From: Eledone cirrhosa | Lineage: Eukaryota | Length of the DNA: 64,000 bases | Assembly: GCA_964016885.1 (NCBI GenBank) | Contig: OZ024755.1 | Location: 34,906,001-34,970,000, forward strand | Direction: 5' to 3' | Part shown: positions 12,503 through 24,899 of the stretch, in pieces | How positions within the stretch are numbered: the first letter of the stretch is position 1 | Layout of the letters: every line of letters starts with the position of its first letter | Position numbers and translations under genes: made by a program | The notes under the pieces: model-generated | The model's database searches: none | What the model was told of the DNA's origin: nothing | The model's input: only the letters and a program-made list of their open reading frames with translations

Positions 12503-13279
12503 GACATATATATATATATTGGTATATATGTATATATAGATAAAAACAAATAACGAAACAAAATTAAATTTCGTTTCGTTTGTAACTCACTTTTGTATGA
12601 CTGACGCTTAAACAATTAAGTTAAAAATGTACATCCACATATGTATCCTTGTCTGGCTTTCTGGAGAATAGAGGAAAGGTGTTTCCTCAAAAACCAGTAT
12701 GACTCTAAAAACCGGTTTGTCTGTGTGTTTACATACAGAATAGCTGGACACTCACAGTAAAGTGACCAGTGAAAAACTCGGTACATCTACATATGTATAC
12801 GTGTGTGTATTCATATGCATACTAGTATTTCAGTATACATATGTGGATGTACATTTTTAACTTAATTGTATATATAGACATTTATATATATATATTGATA
12901 TATATGTATATATTTATATGTATATATATATTTATATATATCCAGGGGGTGTAACTAGGAGTTACTGCAGGTTCACCTGGGTGAGCACTCAATGTTTAGG
13001 TTCACTTCTGTGATGATGTGTAGAGCTATACAGAGTGTATTATATAGAAAGGATAAAAAGGACGATTGATTATTCCTTCATTGCATTTATTGATATTTAT
13101 ATATATATATATTTATATATATACATATATACCAATATATATATTTATATATATATTTATATATACCAATATATATATTTATATATATATTGATATATAT
13201 CAATATATATATTTATATATATATTGATATATATCAATATATATATTTATATATATATTGATATATATATATATATATA

Positions 13280-13320
<41 letters not shown>

Positions 13321-13529
13321 ATATATATATATATATATAGACATATATATATATATATTGGTATATATATATATATTGCTATATATGTATATATGTATAT
13401 ATACATGCGGCCATGCGGTGCCCCATATATGTATATATGTATATATACATGAGGCCATGCGGTGCCCCAGCATGGCCTCAGCCGGATGGCTGAAACAAGT
13501 AAAAGAGTATATATATAAATATATATATA

Positions 13530-13990
13530 TCATCATCATCATCATCATCATCATCAGGTTTAGCGTCCGTGTTCTACGCTTGCATGGGTTTGGACGGGGG
13601 TTTTCCCACTTGAGGCAAGAGTGGTTGTCTTGCTCGCATAGGACTGTCTGGCGGGTTTTCTACAGTTGGATGCCCTTCCTAACACCAACCACATTTACAG
13701 TGTGGGGCTGGGAGGTTTTTACCGTGTTGCCTACACGGCCACATTACAGCGTGGACTGTCTGGCGGGTTTTCTACAGCTGGATGCCCTTCCTAACACCAA
13801 CCACATTTACAGTGTGGGGCTGGGAGGTTTTTACCGTGTTGCCTACACGGCCACATTTACAGCGTGGACTGTGTGTTTTTTGTCGTGACACCTACACGAT
13901 CTCATTTGTTTCGGCCTGGATGTTGTGGGACCAACATAACTTTACATTGAAAGGGGCGGTGTGGAGGTGGTGGGACGGGGGTGTGTTTTG
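13530..13990 (-). mobile_element. SINE-like element with RTE-type tail and an internal ~111-bp duplication
   Basis: Homologous to 24900-25318 (inverted). Confidence 0.75.
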
Positions 13991-14206
13991 ATATATATAT
14001 ATAAATATATATATATAATTATAAATATATATATATATTTTTAAGTCGTTTGGAAGCCTTTCCACCACCGGATCTTGTTACCCGGAGATTTACCCATCTG
14101 CATTGTCGAGGCTTCCAAACGACTTAAAGAAATTTACTTTATTATTCCACAATGCTTCAAGCAAACTTCGATACTCTCATATATATATATATATAATATA
14201 GGTATG

Positions 14207-14239
<33 letters not shown>

Positions 14240-14244
14240 CTATA

Positions 14245-14850
14245 TGTCAGGTCACCAGTTGGTGCTACTGGTAACATGTATCCCAGTACAACCTGTCTCA
14301 TGGTCGGGTCATTGGCGACTAAACTGGCAACCCCACCAAGGTTTCTTGGTGAGGAGGGTGACTTTGGACATCCTGCATGACTAAAAACAAAACCTGTCAA
14401 AGGGAAAAGGAGCTCTTAAGAGTCAATGGCCATCCAAAATCACCGGGAGAGATGACCCCTTAGCCTTTGTCAAGGCAGAATTCTAGGAGAAGGAAAACTC
14501 TGATATAACACCTGCAACCCTGATGGTATCCATTGATGTTGACTTGTTCTTCTTTTTGGTAAATATCATCTTGGTTAAGAGAGTGGGACTGGCTTTGTGC
14601 AGTGCCTTTGCTCACTATAAAAGCTTCACGGCACAGGCATTGCTTTATATCTGGAGATCTCTCTGCACTTGTCGTCACATGGTACCATGGGCCCAGCACT
14701 ATGTGTCAATAATTGTCACAGGTGTAGTGTTTGTACCAGAGTTTTCAAGTTGCTGGCTGGACTAAAAAGTCACACTCGTTCAGCGCATCGGTAGGGGTTC
14801 TCCTACATGGATATAAAGTAGTGGCCGTACTTGAAAACGAGTTGGCAGCC
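14245..14850 (+). mobile_element. Unclassified interspersed repeat
   Basis: Homologous segments at 7620-7915 (inverted), 50770-51040 and 51340-51435 (inverted). Confidence 0.7.
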
Positions 14851-15319
14851 ACCATATATATACACACATACATACATTCCCTTCTCTATCTCTATGTCAG
14901 TCCTTTCCTTTGCTATGCTTTGATGTGTTTAGTTTCTTTTGTTCTTTCCCTGTGAATCTCTGTCTCTCCCAACATGTCATTAAAAACTCTGAAGTATTTA
15001 GAAACATTTGTTGATAATACGGTATTATTTTAGAACTAGCTATTATTTTGGATTCCCTGAATTATTTGATCTCTTTGCAGTGTGTGTTAACTCTTGGAGA
15101 AAACTGGAATTTTGTGAAAACTGCCCTCCTAACACTTACACAAGCCACCCCTAAAATATACAGAAAAATCAAGTATGTTAAATTTTATATCATCTGAAGA
15201 AAAGATTAAAAAACATATATAAAATAAATAAAATAAACAACACAATAAGCAACAAGATGAGTGCATCTCCCTTACTATCCTCTGGGAAAACCTCTTCTCT
15301 ATTCTGTCCACTGGGACTA

Positions 15320-15800
15320 TGGGCAGTCAGTCCACTGGTGTGGCCAGTACCTCAGGGTGGCCAGTCCACTGGGGCCGTGGGGAGGCCAGCACGTCCCCTT
15401 TGGTTCATAATAGTGAGAGATAACGAAAGAAGGAGAGATGGAGGCAGTGACAGTGGGAGTTTGGTTCCTTTGTGTTCAGACCTGGTATATATAAGAGAAG
15501 GGGAGAGCAGGTGAGACAGAGGCAGTGAGAGTTTGGTTCCTTTGTGTTTAGACCTGGTGTATATAAGAGAAGGGGAGAGCAGGTGAGACAGAGGCAGTGA
15601 GAGTTTGGTTCCTTTATGTTCAGACCTACGTGAGGTTGGCGTAAGGAAGTGCATTCAGCTGTAGAAACCTGGCCAGAATCAGTTCAGTATTAGCAAGATA
15701 TGGTCACCTGATGTAGCATTGCCCACAACAGGACAACTCGTCTAACCCATGCTAGCATGGAAGAATGGACATAAAACGGTGATGATGATGATGATGATGA
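15320..15800 (+). mobile_element. SINE-like element with RTE-type tail and internal ~72-bp repeats
   Basis: Tail AACCCATGCTAGCATGGAAGAATGGACATAAAACGGTGATGATG; 5' part related to 19760-19830 and 36110-36230. Confidence 0.7.
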
Positions 15801-16289
15801 TTCAATATGGCTATTGAAACAACATGAATCTACATTTGAAACTGGGTGAAAATAATGTATTGTCAAAAATTATGTCTATTACTACTATAACTTATAGTAT
15901 GTTGTTGTTGTTTAGATTATGAGTGACTTTTGTGGTTATTAAAACAGAAAAAGAAGGGAAAGGCAAGGGCTCAAGGGACGCAGAAAAATGGGGAGGGGGA
16001 AGGGGTTGGGTGATGGACTCTAGGCCCAGGGTGTGGCAGTTTTGGGGTTTATAAGGTAGTGGATGGTAGAATTGGTACCTGATACATTCCTTCTGTGATT
16101 TACATAACATCCTTTTATGTATATTGCACAAAAGTTGAATTGATCTTTCCTCTTTTTTTGGACATAATTAGTACCAGTTAAATACTGGCGTTGATATTAT
16201 TAGCTATACTCCTCAACCAAAAAAAGTCTCTAGCCTTGTGCCTATATTAGAAATCATTGGATTGGCAGCATCAGTAGCTTACCAATGTG

Positions 16290-16777
16290 GATTTAGACAA
16301 CCCACATTGGTCATCTAGATTTAGACAACCAGAACTGGTCATCCAGATTTAGACAACCCACATTGGTCATCTAGATTTAGACAACCAGAAATGGTGATCC
16401 AGATTTAGACAACTCACATTGGTCATCTAGATTTAGACAACCAGAACTGGTCATCCAGATTTAGACAACCAGAACTGGTCATCCAGATTTAGACAACCCA
16501 CATTGGTCATCTAGATTTAGACAACCAGAAATGGTGATCCAGATTTAGACAACTCACATTGGTCATCTAGATTTAGACAACCAGAACTGGTCATCTAGAT
16601 TTAGACAACCCACATTGGTTATCTAGATTTAGACAACCAGAACTGGTCATCTAAATTTAGACAACCAGAACTGGTCATCCAGATTTAGACAACCAGAACT
16701 GGTCATCTAGATTTAGACAACCCACATTGGTCATCTAGAGTTAGACAACCAGAACAGGTGATCCAGATTTAGACAAT
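16290..16777. repeat. 28-bp minisatellite, ~17 units, two variant classes
   Basis: GATTTAGACAAC-(CCACATT|CAGAACT)-GGTCATCYA. Confidence 0.95.
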
Positions 16778-17129
16778 CAACATCTATTCATTAGGTCAGC
16801 AGACGAGGATAGCATAGTCACCATAATCAGATAGATATGGAATGTTGTACAATAAAATGTACAGAAAAAGGAAGCAACATTGGAAAAGACTTGATCTTGA
16901 AAGAACGAACGGCAAAGTTAAGCTTGCCAGAATTTGAACTGAGAATGTAGAGCCCAGATTAAATATTCAATACTCTAAAGACTCTCTAAAATTGATGGTA
17001 GTAGTATTATTAGTAGTAGTAAGCAGGCAAATAATAATCATACAGTTTATAGGTTTATGTTTTTATTTTTTTAAAAGTTTTTCTTCTTTAGTTGAACCAA
17101 TATATTCTGCACACCTAGATTAAAGCTAA

Positions 17130-17558
17130 TTATAATATTTGGTAATATTTAAAATAAAATAAAATAAAATAAAATAAAATAAAATAAAATAAAATAAAAT
17201 AAAATAAAATAAAATAAAATAAAATAAAAAATAAAAATTAAAAAAATATAAAATATAAAACAAAATAAAATAAGATAGAATCAAAAAATAAATTAAAAAA
17301 AATATATTAACAAAATACATTTTCACATTTATTTTCCAGTGTTACTTTGAAATTTAATTTTACAATTTCAACTTTTCATAACATAAAACTAATAATAAAT
17401 TAAGAATAGTTATTAGTTTGATTTTGATAGCATAAAAAATAATTAAATATAACTGATTAGAAAATACTCGACAACTACACCAACTAAATAATATAAATAA
17501 TATAAATATATAATATATATAATATAAATATATAATAAATAAATACATATAAATTATA

Positions 17559-17601
<43 letters not shown>

Positions 17602-17855
17602 AAAATATAAACAAATAATTTAAATAAAAGATGAATAAATAAAAATATAAATAAAATATAAATAAAATGAATAAATAATTTAAATAAAAAATAAATAAAT
17701 AAATATAAATAAAATGAATGAATAAATAATTTAAATAAAAATAAATAAATAAAATTATAAATAAATAATTTAAATAAAAAATAAATAAATAAAAATATAA
17801 ATAAAATAAATAAATAAATAATTAAAAAAATAAATAATATTAAATAAATAGATTA
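17130..17855. repeat. (AAAAT)n/(AAAT)n low-complexity tract
   Basis: Visible simple repeats. Confidence 0.9.
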
Positions 17856-18164
17856 AAGTAGAATATTCCTTCAAATGACATATTCTTTTATTGTGGGGAA
17901 TCAAAAGATATGAAACATAAAGAACAAACAACAACAACATCAACAGTAACAACAACAACAACAACAACACTAACACCACCACCAATACCAACAACAACAA
18001 CACCACCAACAATATCAACAACAACTAATTACTACCAAAGAAAGATAATAAAACTATATATAAATATATAAAATAAGAAATAGTAAAAATAATGTGTATT
18101 GATGTTTAATTACTGAAAGACTGGAGTGGAGGTAGGGTGGGTCTATATATGGTAGTGGGTATAG

Positions 18165-18922
18165 AGATGTGGTGGTGGGGGTGAGAGGGAAGTGAGAGTG
18201 ATGGTGGGGGTGAGAGGGAAGTGAGAGTGATGGTGGTGGTGAGAGGGAAGTGAGAGTGGTGGGTGGTGGTGGTGATGAGGAAGAGAGGGAAGTGAGAATG
18301 ATGGTGGTGGTGAGGAAGAGAGTGTGATGATGGTGGTGGTGGTGAGGAAGAGGGAAGTGAGAGTGATGGTGGTGGTGGTGGTGGCGAGGAAGAGAGGGAA
18401 GTGAGAGTGATGGTGGTGGTGGTGAGGAAGAGAGGGAAGTGAGAGTGATGGTGGTGGTGGTGAGGAAGAGAGGGAAGTGAGAGTGATGGTGGTGGTGGTG
18501 AGGAAGAGAGGGAAGTGAGAGTGATAGTGGTGGTGGTGAGGAAGAGAGGGATGTGAGAGTGATGGTGGTGGTGGTGGTGGTGAGGAAGAGAGGAAGTGAG
18601 AGTGATGGTGGTGGTGGTGAGGAAGAGAGGGAAGTGAGAGTGATGGTGGTGGTGGTGAGGAAGAGAGGGAAGTGAGAGTGATGGTGGTGAGGAAGAGAGG
18701 GAAGTGAGAGTGATGGTGGTGGTGGTGAGGAAGAGAGGGAAGTGAGAGTGATGGTGGTGGTGGTGAGGAAGAGAGGGAAGTGAGAGTGATGGTGGTGGTG
18801 GTGGTGGCGAGGAAGAGAGGGAAGTGAGAGTGATGGTGGTGGTGGTGAGGAAGAGAGGGATGTGAGAGTGATGGTGGTGGTGGTGGTGGTGAGGAAGAGA
18901 GGAAGTGAGAGTGATAGTGGTG
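18165..18922. repeat. Purine-rich minisatellite GAGGAAGAGAGGGAAGTGAGAGTGAT(GGT)n
   Basis: Constant core plus a variable GGT run, roughly 20 units. Confidence 0.95.
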
Positions 18923-18951
18923 GACACATTCTCAATGCCATTGCACAAGAG

Positions 18952-19611
18952 CAGAGGTTCTCGAACTTTTTGGGCCACTACCACCTCTCACAGCCACGTA
19001 ATACCCTCAGCCCACCTCTCACAGCCATGTAATACCCTCAGCCCACCCCTCACAGCCACGTAATACCCTCAACACTTCCCAACCCTATTTCTAGAGAAAC
19101 CAGCCTACATGCAAATTGTAAATAATATATAATAAATAAAATTGTTAATTTATATATAACAATATAATATATACTATGTATAAATAAATATTATATATTT
19201 TTTTATTTTATTATCGACAGTCGATTGACTTTCGTTAAGTCGGACCGAGGAAACAATGTTTCCATTGGTCTTTCCAATTGCTAATACTATCTATCGGTCG
19301 CAACTCCAGGTAGAAGGAGCAACGTGAAATAAAGTGTCTTGCTCAAGGACATAACGCATCACTCGGTCTGGGAATCAAACTCACAACCTCACAGTTGTGA
19401 ATCCAGTTCCCTAACCACTCAGCCACGCGCCTTCACATTTTACTATATTTATATATAATATGTATCATTTGGTATTTAATATACTATTGTATCATCTCTA
19501 CCACCCCTCCATCGTCCCTTTAGGCCCCAGCGCCCCCTGGACTTTCTCAATCCCCCCCCCCCCACACACACACACAGGGGAGGGGGGTAGCCCTCACTTT
19601 GAGAACCTCTG
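18952..19611. mobile_element. hAT (Charlie-like) non-autonomous element
   Basis: TIRs CAGAGGTTCTC / GAGAACCTCTG; degenerate 8-bp TSD CACAAGAG vs CACTAGAA. Confidence 0.7.
19213..19437 (-). mobile_element. CORE-like SINE family C nested in the hAT element
   Basis: Homologous to 6490-6710. Confidence 0.85.
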
Positions 19612-20149
19612 CACTAGAACTTCCGTTGAGATGGCATAAACAACAAAGCTGGCAGTTGATATCTTTAATTGATATCTGGTTCTCGTGCGCCTCGTGTCTA
19701 CCATTAGAGTTATATTATATCATCCTCCGGGGAAATGTCTTCTCCCTTCTGTCCGCCGAGGCTGTGGGGAGGCCAGCACATGGGACCCCATTTGCTCATC
19801 ATACAGAGAGATGGGTAGGGTGAGAGCGATGGAGGTGATGACATTGGGAGTTCGGCCCTTCCAAGTTTGGACTATATCCTTGTGGTTGTGTTCATTATCT
19901 ATAGAGCACACACACAATCAAATTAATTAACTAGTTGAGTGTACCCCAGTTTTATTTCATTTTTCTTTTACTACCTCTTTCTCTATATATAAGATTCCAT
20001 TTCAGATCCAATCTTCTTCTCAACAAGAAAGATGAACAAACTTGCCTCAACAGTTAATTTTAAATCTTTAATTTTTAATTCCTTTTAACTGTTGCTTGTG
20101 CTGGTGATAGGATTAGCAGTATCTTGTTGATCATATCAATACTCCCAGA

Positions 20150-20495
20150 GTCATAGCTTGGACGCTCCTATCTTAACCCCAATGGAGTTAAAGGGACACG
20201 AGGCACTGTCCCCTGGAGCAGATACAAACTATGTAGTGTGGAAATGCCTAAACAGACCAAGATCTGGTGTTGGACGTGCAAAAGTCTATCTTGCAAAATG
20301 GGGAGATTGTGTATGACTGTGGTATCAAACCACAGACTACGCAGCACCTCCTGATATACCCCCCGCTGGAACACCCCTGCACAGCATTGGACTTGGCAGA
20401 GTTTAATGAGAAAGAACAGCAATATGTTCAGCTGTGGTGGAACCACATCTAGCCAAGCTTTGTAACTGACAATCTTGTGGACACAACAAGAAGAA
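20150..20495 (+). mobile_element. Non-LTR retrotransposon 3' end (Ingi/Vingi/I-like)
   Basis: WKCLNRPRSGVGRAKVYLAKWG..DCGIKPQTTQHLL, resembling a C-terminal Cys/His knuckle; short (AAG)n tail. Confidence 0.6.
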
Positions 20496-20779
20496 TTAGA
20501 ATTATGACTGTATGTTCATTGGTTGGAGTAAACTCCACCTGGGTGAATGCCAACACAAATATAAATACAAGTATTTGAGTTAAGATTGTAGTTTAATTAA
20601 TTTGATCTGATGGATTAGATATGTAAAGATATCCTGATAAAAAAAATATTATTATGTTTGTTCACTAGCCAGGAATCTCTGTAAATATCTCAACTTTGAT
20701 ACATAGATATACATCTGGAAGTGTTCAAGCAGATTGACATTTTAAATGTACTAGTAAACATTATAAACATATCAATAGA

Positions 20780-21562
20780 CTTACTAAATATACTAATAGA
20801 CAATCTAAATATATAGATAGGCATTCTAACTATATAGAGTGGTATTCTAACTATATAGAGAGACATTCTAACTATAGAGACATTCTAACTATATAGTTAG
20901 ACAATCTAACTATATAGTTAGACAATCTAACTATATAGTTAGACAATCTAACTATATAGTTAGACATTCTAAATATATAGTTAGACATTCTAAATATATA
21001 GTTAGACATTCTAAATATATAGTTAGACAATCTAACTATATAGAGAGGTACTATATTATATAGAGAGGTACTATATTATATAGAGAGGTACTCTAAATAT
21101 ATAGATAGGCATTCTAACTATATAGAGAGACATTCTAAATATATAGAGAGACATTCTAAATATATAGTTAGACAATCTAACTATATAGAGAGGTACTATC
21201 TTTATATAGAGAGGTATTCTAACTATATAGATAGGCATTCTAACTATATAGTTAGATATTCTAAATATATAGTTAGACAATCTAACTATATAGAGAGGTA
21301 CTATATTATATAGAGAGGTATTCTAACTATATAGTTAGACATTCTAACTATATAGTTAGACATTCTAAATATATAGTTAGACAATCTAACTATATAGAGA
21401 GGTACTATATTATATAGAGAAGTATTCTAAATATATAGATAGACATTCTAAATATATAGTTAGACAATCTTACTATATAGAGAGGTACTATATTATATAG
21501 AGAGGTATTCTAAATATATAGATAGGCATTCTAAATATATAGATAGGCATTCTAACTATATA
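20780..21562. repeat. 21-bp minisatellite TAGACATTCTAAATATATAGT (diverged continuation at 22310-22492)
   Basis: Visible tandem units. Confidence 0.9.
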
Positions 21563-21664
21563 TATGCGTGTTAAGTATTTCTGTAGAAAAGGTAAAGGAA
21601 AGAAGAGTGCTCTATGTATAATACAGAGGTATTTAATTACATAATAAACAACACAATATAATTA

Positions 21665-21734
21665 TTCCATTACCAAAGGTTTCAGGAGACTAGACGATCC
21701 TTACAGAAACGTCCAGCTCGTTCATCAGATGAAA
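21665..21734 (-). ncRNA. Type I hammerhead ribozyme motif (left arm)
   Basis: UUUCAU-CUGAUGA-long stem II-GAAA-CCUUUGG-UA-AUGGAA, cleavage triplet GUA. Confidence 0.7.
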
Positions 21735-21744
21735 TAGATAACTA

Positions 21745-21814
21745 TTTCATCTGATGAACGAGCTGGACGTTTCTGTAAGGATTGTCTAGTCTCCTGAAAC
21801 CTTTGGTTATGGAA
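21745..21814 (+). ncRNA. Type I hammerhead ribozyme motif (right arm)
   Basis: CUGAUGA 21751-57, GAAA 21796-99, stem III ACC/GGU, triplet GUU, stem I UUUCAU/AUGGAA. Confidence 0.7.
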
Positions 21815-21839
21815 TAATTATATTGTGTTGTTTATTATG

Positions 21840-21912
<73 letters not shown>

Positions 21913-22131
21913 TAGGATGTGGTAAAAACCAGCTAGACCATTACTCACCAGAATACTCGATACTTGGGGTAGTAGAGTGGGTAATATGAAAATATTCACA
22001 TCCCCGACAGCTGAGCTCTGGCCGTTTCGACAGCTAGATCAGAACTCAGTTCAGATCTAGCTGCCGAAATGGCAGGAGCTCAGCCGTCAGGGTCCTGAAT
22101 CTTTTCATATATACATATATACATATATATA

Positions 22132-22176
22132 TTCCTGATGATTTCTCTGGAATGAAACAGTTCTAGTCCTGTAGAA
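22132..22176 (+). ncRNA. Type I hammerhead ribozyme motif
   Basis: UUC-CUGAUGA-UUUCUCUGGAAU-GAAA-CAG-UUCUAGUC-CUG-UA-GAA; stem III ACAG/CUGU, triplet GUA; decayed inverted homolog at 44853-44892. Confidence 0.7.
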
Positions 22177-23117
22177 GCCTTTCTATATTAAATATTTATA
22201 CTCTGCTTTGTATCGAGTACCTTACTTCCTGAGGTTACCCCCGATTGAACCTGGGATAAACATATATATATAATTATATATATATGTATATATATATATA
22301 TATATATTACAGAGAGAGAGATTTTAAATATATAGGCACATGCTAACTATATAGAATAGACATTCGAATTATATAGATAGACATTCTAAGACATTTTAAC
22401 TATATATATACAGATATTTTAAATATATAGGTAAATATTCTAATTATATAGTCAGGCATTCTGAATATATTGATAAACATTCTAGATATATTCTTTAATA
22501 AGACAGCCAAACCAAGATATAATGTATCATTTTCCTTTCTTTGTACAACTATATAGAAACAGATCTAATTCAGTTTATATAGAGTGGGATTGAGAGCAAA
22601 TATTTGTGGTATGGAAGGTTGAATTCACAGCTTCATCAGTTATTCAAAAATATCATTAAGACCAGAAATTGAAAACAAAAGAAAAAAACAAGCAGCTAAT
22701 TAAAAAAATCTGAAGAGAAGAATGCACTTAGTCATAAAATATTTGAAAAATTTGGAAAACAATTCAATTATGCAGATATGATATATCACGTATTTGTATT
22801 TAAACCCCTCAGTTATTTAATTTAATTAACCCTTTAACATTTAAACCGGCCATATCACAGAAAAGGCTTTACCTCACATAATTATCTCACATAATATCAA
22901 ATCTATGAGATTGTAGTTTCAGTGGTTTTCTTCATGCCAGTCACAAATCTGGTACTTTTTTAAAGCTACGAAGACTAAGCTTTCTTAGAGATGGCGTTTA
23001 CTTGCCTCGTCATAGCGACGTCATTGGGTTGTGAGAGTTTTCTTGGCCATAGTGTTGTCCGATGCCACATATGCTTACATTCTTCTGGCTTATGTTTTTG
23101 AAGTCAATGAACGTGTG

Positions 23118-23333
23118 TTAACTCTTTACCATTTACATTACTCTATATATACTATTGTAGTTTCATGGTAAAGGCTTTACCTCACATAATTATCTCACAT
23201 AATATCAAATCTATGAGATTTTGTGTATCATTTATTTTGAGAATAATACCTTAACATCAGTATGACTGACTAGAACAGAAAGAGGTGCAAGAATTCTGGC
23301 TGGATATGGCCAGTTTAAATGCTAAAGGGTTAA
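23118..23333. mobile_element. piggyBac-type MITE (partial copy also at 22826-22915)
   Basis: TTAA-CTCTTT..AAAGGG-TTAA. Confidence 0.8.
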
Positions 23334-23830
23334 TCCTTCTGACGTAAAGGATTCTAGGTGCTGACAATTCTATAGATCTATACCATTCCAGAAGTCATTT
23401 ATCAATAGATACTTCAGTTCAATATCAACCACATTGATCTTATCTGTCTGGGAAAGATGGGGGGGGGGGGACTGTAAACCCTGTCATGGATATTACCACC
23501 ATCATTCTCTGATAATTCATAAGAAAGTAATCCTTCTACTCCTCCTCAACATCATCATCATCATCATCATCACCCCTCCTCACCCCCCCCCCACCCCGTG
23601 CTGTCACCATTTCAACCACCACTAGTACTGTCACTGCAATTAAGTCCCCACTACCATTTCTACCACCATTAGTAGTAGTAGTAGTACCACAACCACCATG
23701 CCATTACTACTCCACCACCACCACCTCTACCACCGTATACTTGTATCGGGGTTCATCCCTCTCATATATTCAATTGTATTACACGGCTATTTAATTGTAA
23801 AAGACTATTTTGAGTTTATAACTCAATATA

Positions 23831-23881
<51 letters not shown>

Positions 23882-23885
<4 letters not shown>

Positions 23886-24898
23886 GTGTAAAAGTTTGTG
23901 CTCATCAAGGCTCTGTCCTTAGCTCCCTCCTATTTATTATTGCCCTTCAGGCTATAACAGAGGAGTTTAAGACCGGCTGCCCATGGGAACTTCTATATGC
24001 AGAGGATCTAACGCTCATAGCTGAATCTATGGCTGAACTAGAAAAGAAATTGCAAACATGGAAGCATGGCCTAGAATCAAATGGCCTTAAAGTTAACTTC
24101 TCTAAGACTAAATTTCTAGTATGTAGAAACAAAAATAGGGCACAGGTACCCCCGGGGAAATGGCCATGCTCAGTGTGAAGGAAAGGAGTAGGCAGAAATT
24201 CCATTTTATGTCACAAATCCAAAGTATGGGTACATGAAAGATGTAGTGGGATCACAGGCAAGCTATCTAAGAACGTAGATTTTATATGTGGTCAATGCTC
24301 AGGTGCAATAAGTAGCAAGTGCCCACAGGATACTAGCTCCTTCTATTGCCCAGATGGTTCTATAGAAATACCGGACACCTTCCGTTACCTGGGTGACAAA
24401 ATCAGCAGTGGTGGAGGGTGTTCTGAAAGTACAGCAGCCAGAGTCAGAACGAGATGGAAAAAGTTCAGAGAGCTTATACCACTATTGGCCACAAAAGGTT
24501 TCTCTCTAAAAATGAAAGGCAGATTGTATGATGCCTGTATATGAACAGCAATGTTACATGGCAGTGGGACATGGGCATTGAGTGCAGAGGATCTGCGCAG
24601 ACTGGAAAGGAATGAAGCATGCATGCTCCGTTGGATGTGTAATAGTAATATACATGAACGGCAAAGCATAAATGAACTAAGTGAGAAACTAGGAATAAAA
24701 GGGATCAAATGCTGTTTACTTGAGAGAAGACTACGTTGGTATGGTCAAATGATGCGCATGAAAGACGACAGTTGTATAAAAAAGTACAGGGCGATCAAAA
24801 TTGATGGAAGTTACGGAGTAGGTAGACCCAGAAAAACCTGGGACGATTTGATAAATTCCGACCTTACGCACTTGCACCTCTCTAAGATGATATCACTT
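23882..24898 (+). pseudogene. RTE-clade LINE 3' half: RT core, Cys/His finger and C-terminus; decayed
   Basis: HQGSVLSSLLFII..WELLYAEDL (YADD-like), FRYLG, RLRWYGQMMRM, GRPRKTW; in-frame stops. Confidence 0.9.
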
Positions 24899-24899
24899 T

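Larger units (their letters stand above)
21635..21844. repeat. 210-bp near-perfect palindrome (PLE terminal-repeat-like)
   Basis: Arms 21635-21737 and 21742-21844 are reverse complements with ~2 mismatches; 4-nt centre. Confidence 0.95.

Noticed and set aside
16290-16777. CRISPR-like appearance of the 28-bp array
   Set aside because: The variable part is only ~7 nt and recurs; no unique spacers or cas genes; eukaryotic context
18054-18984. 292-295 aa Ser/Pro/His/Thr ORFs
   Set aside because: Translation of the purine-rich minisatellite
22920-23115. Possible host exon between MITE pieces
   Set aside because: No recognisable translation or convincing splice-site pair
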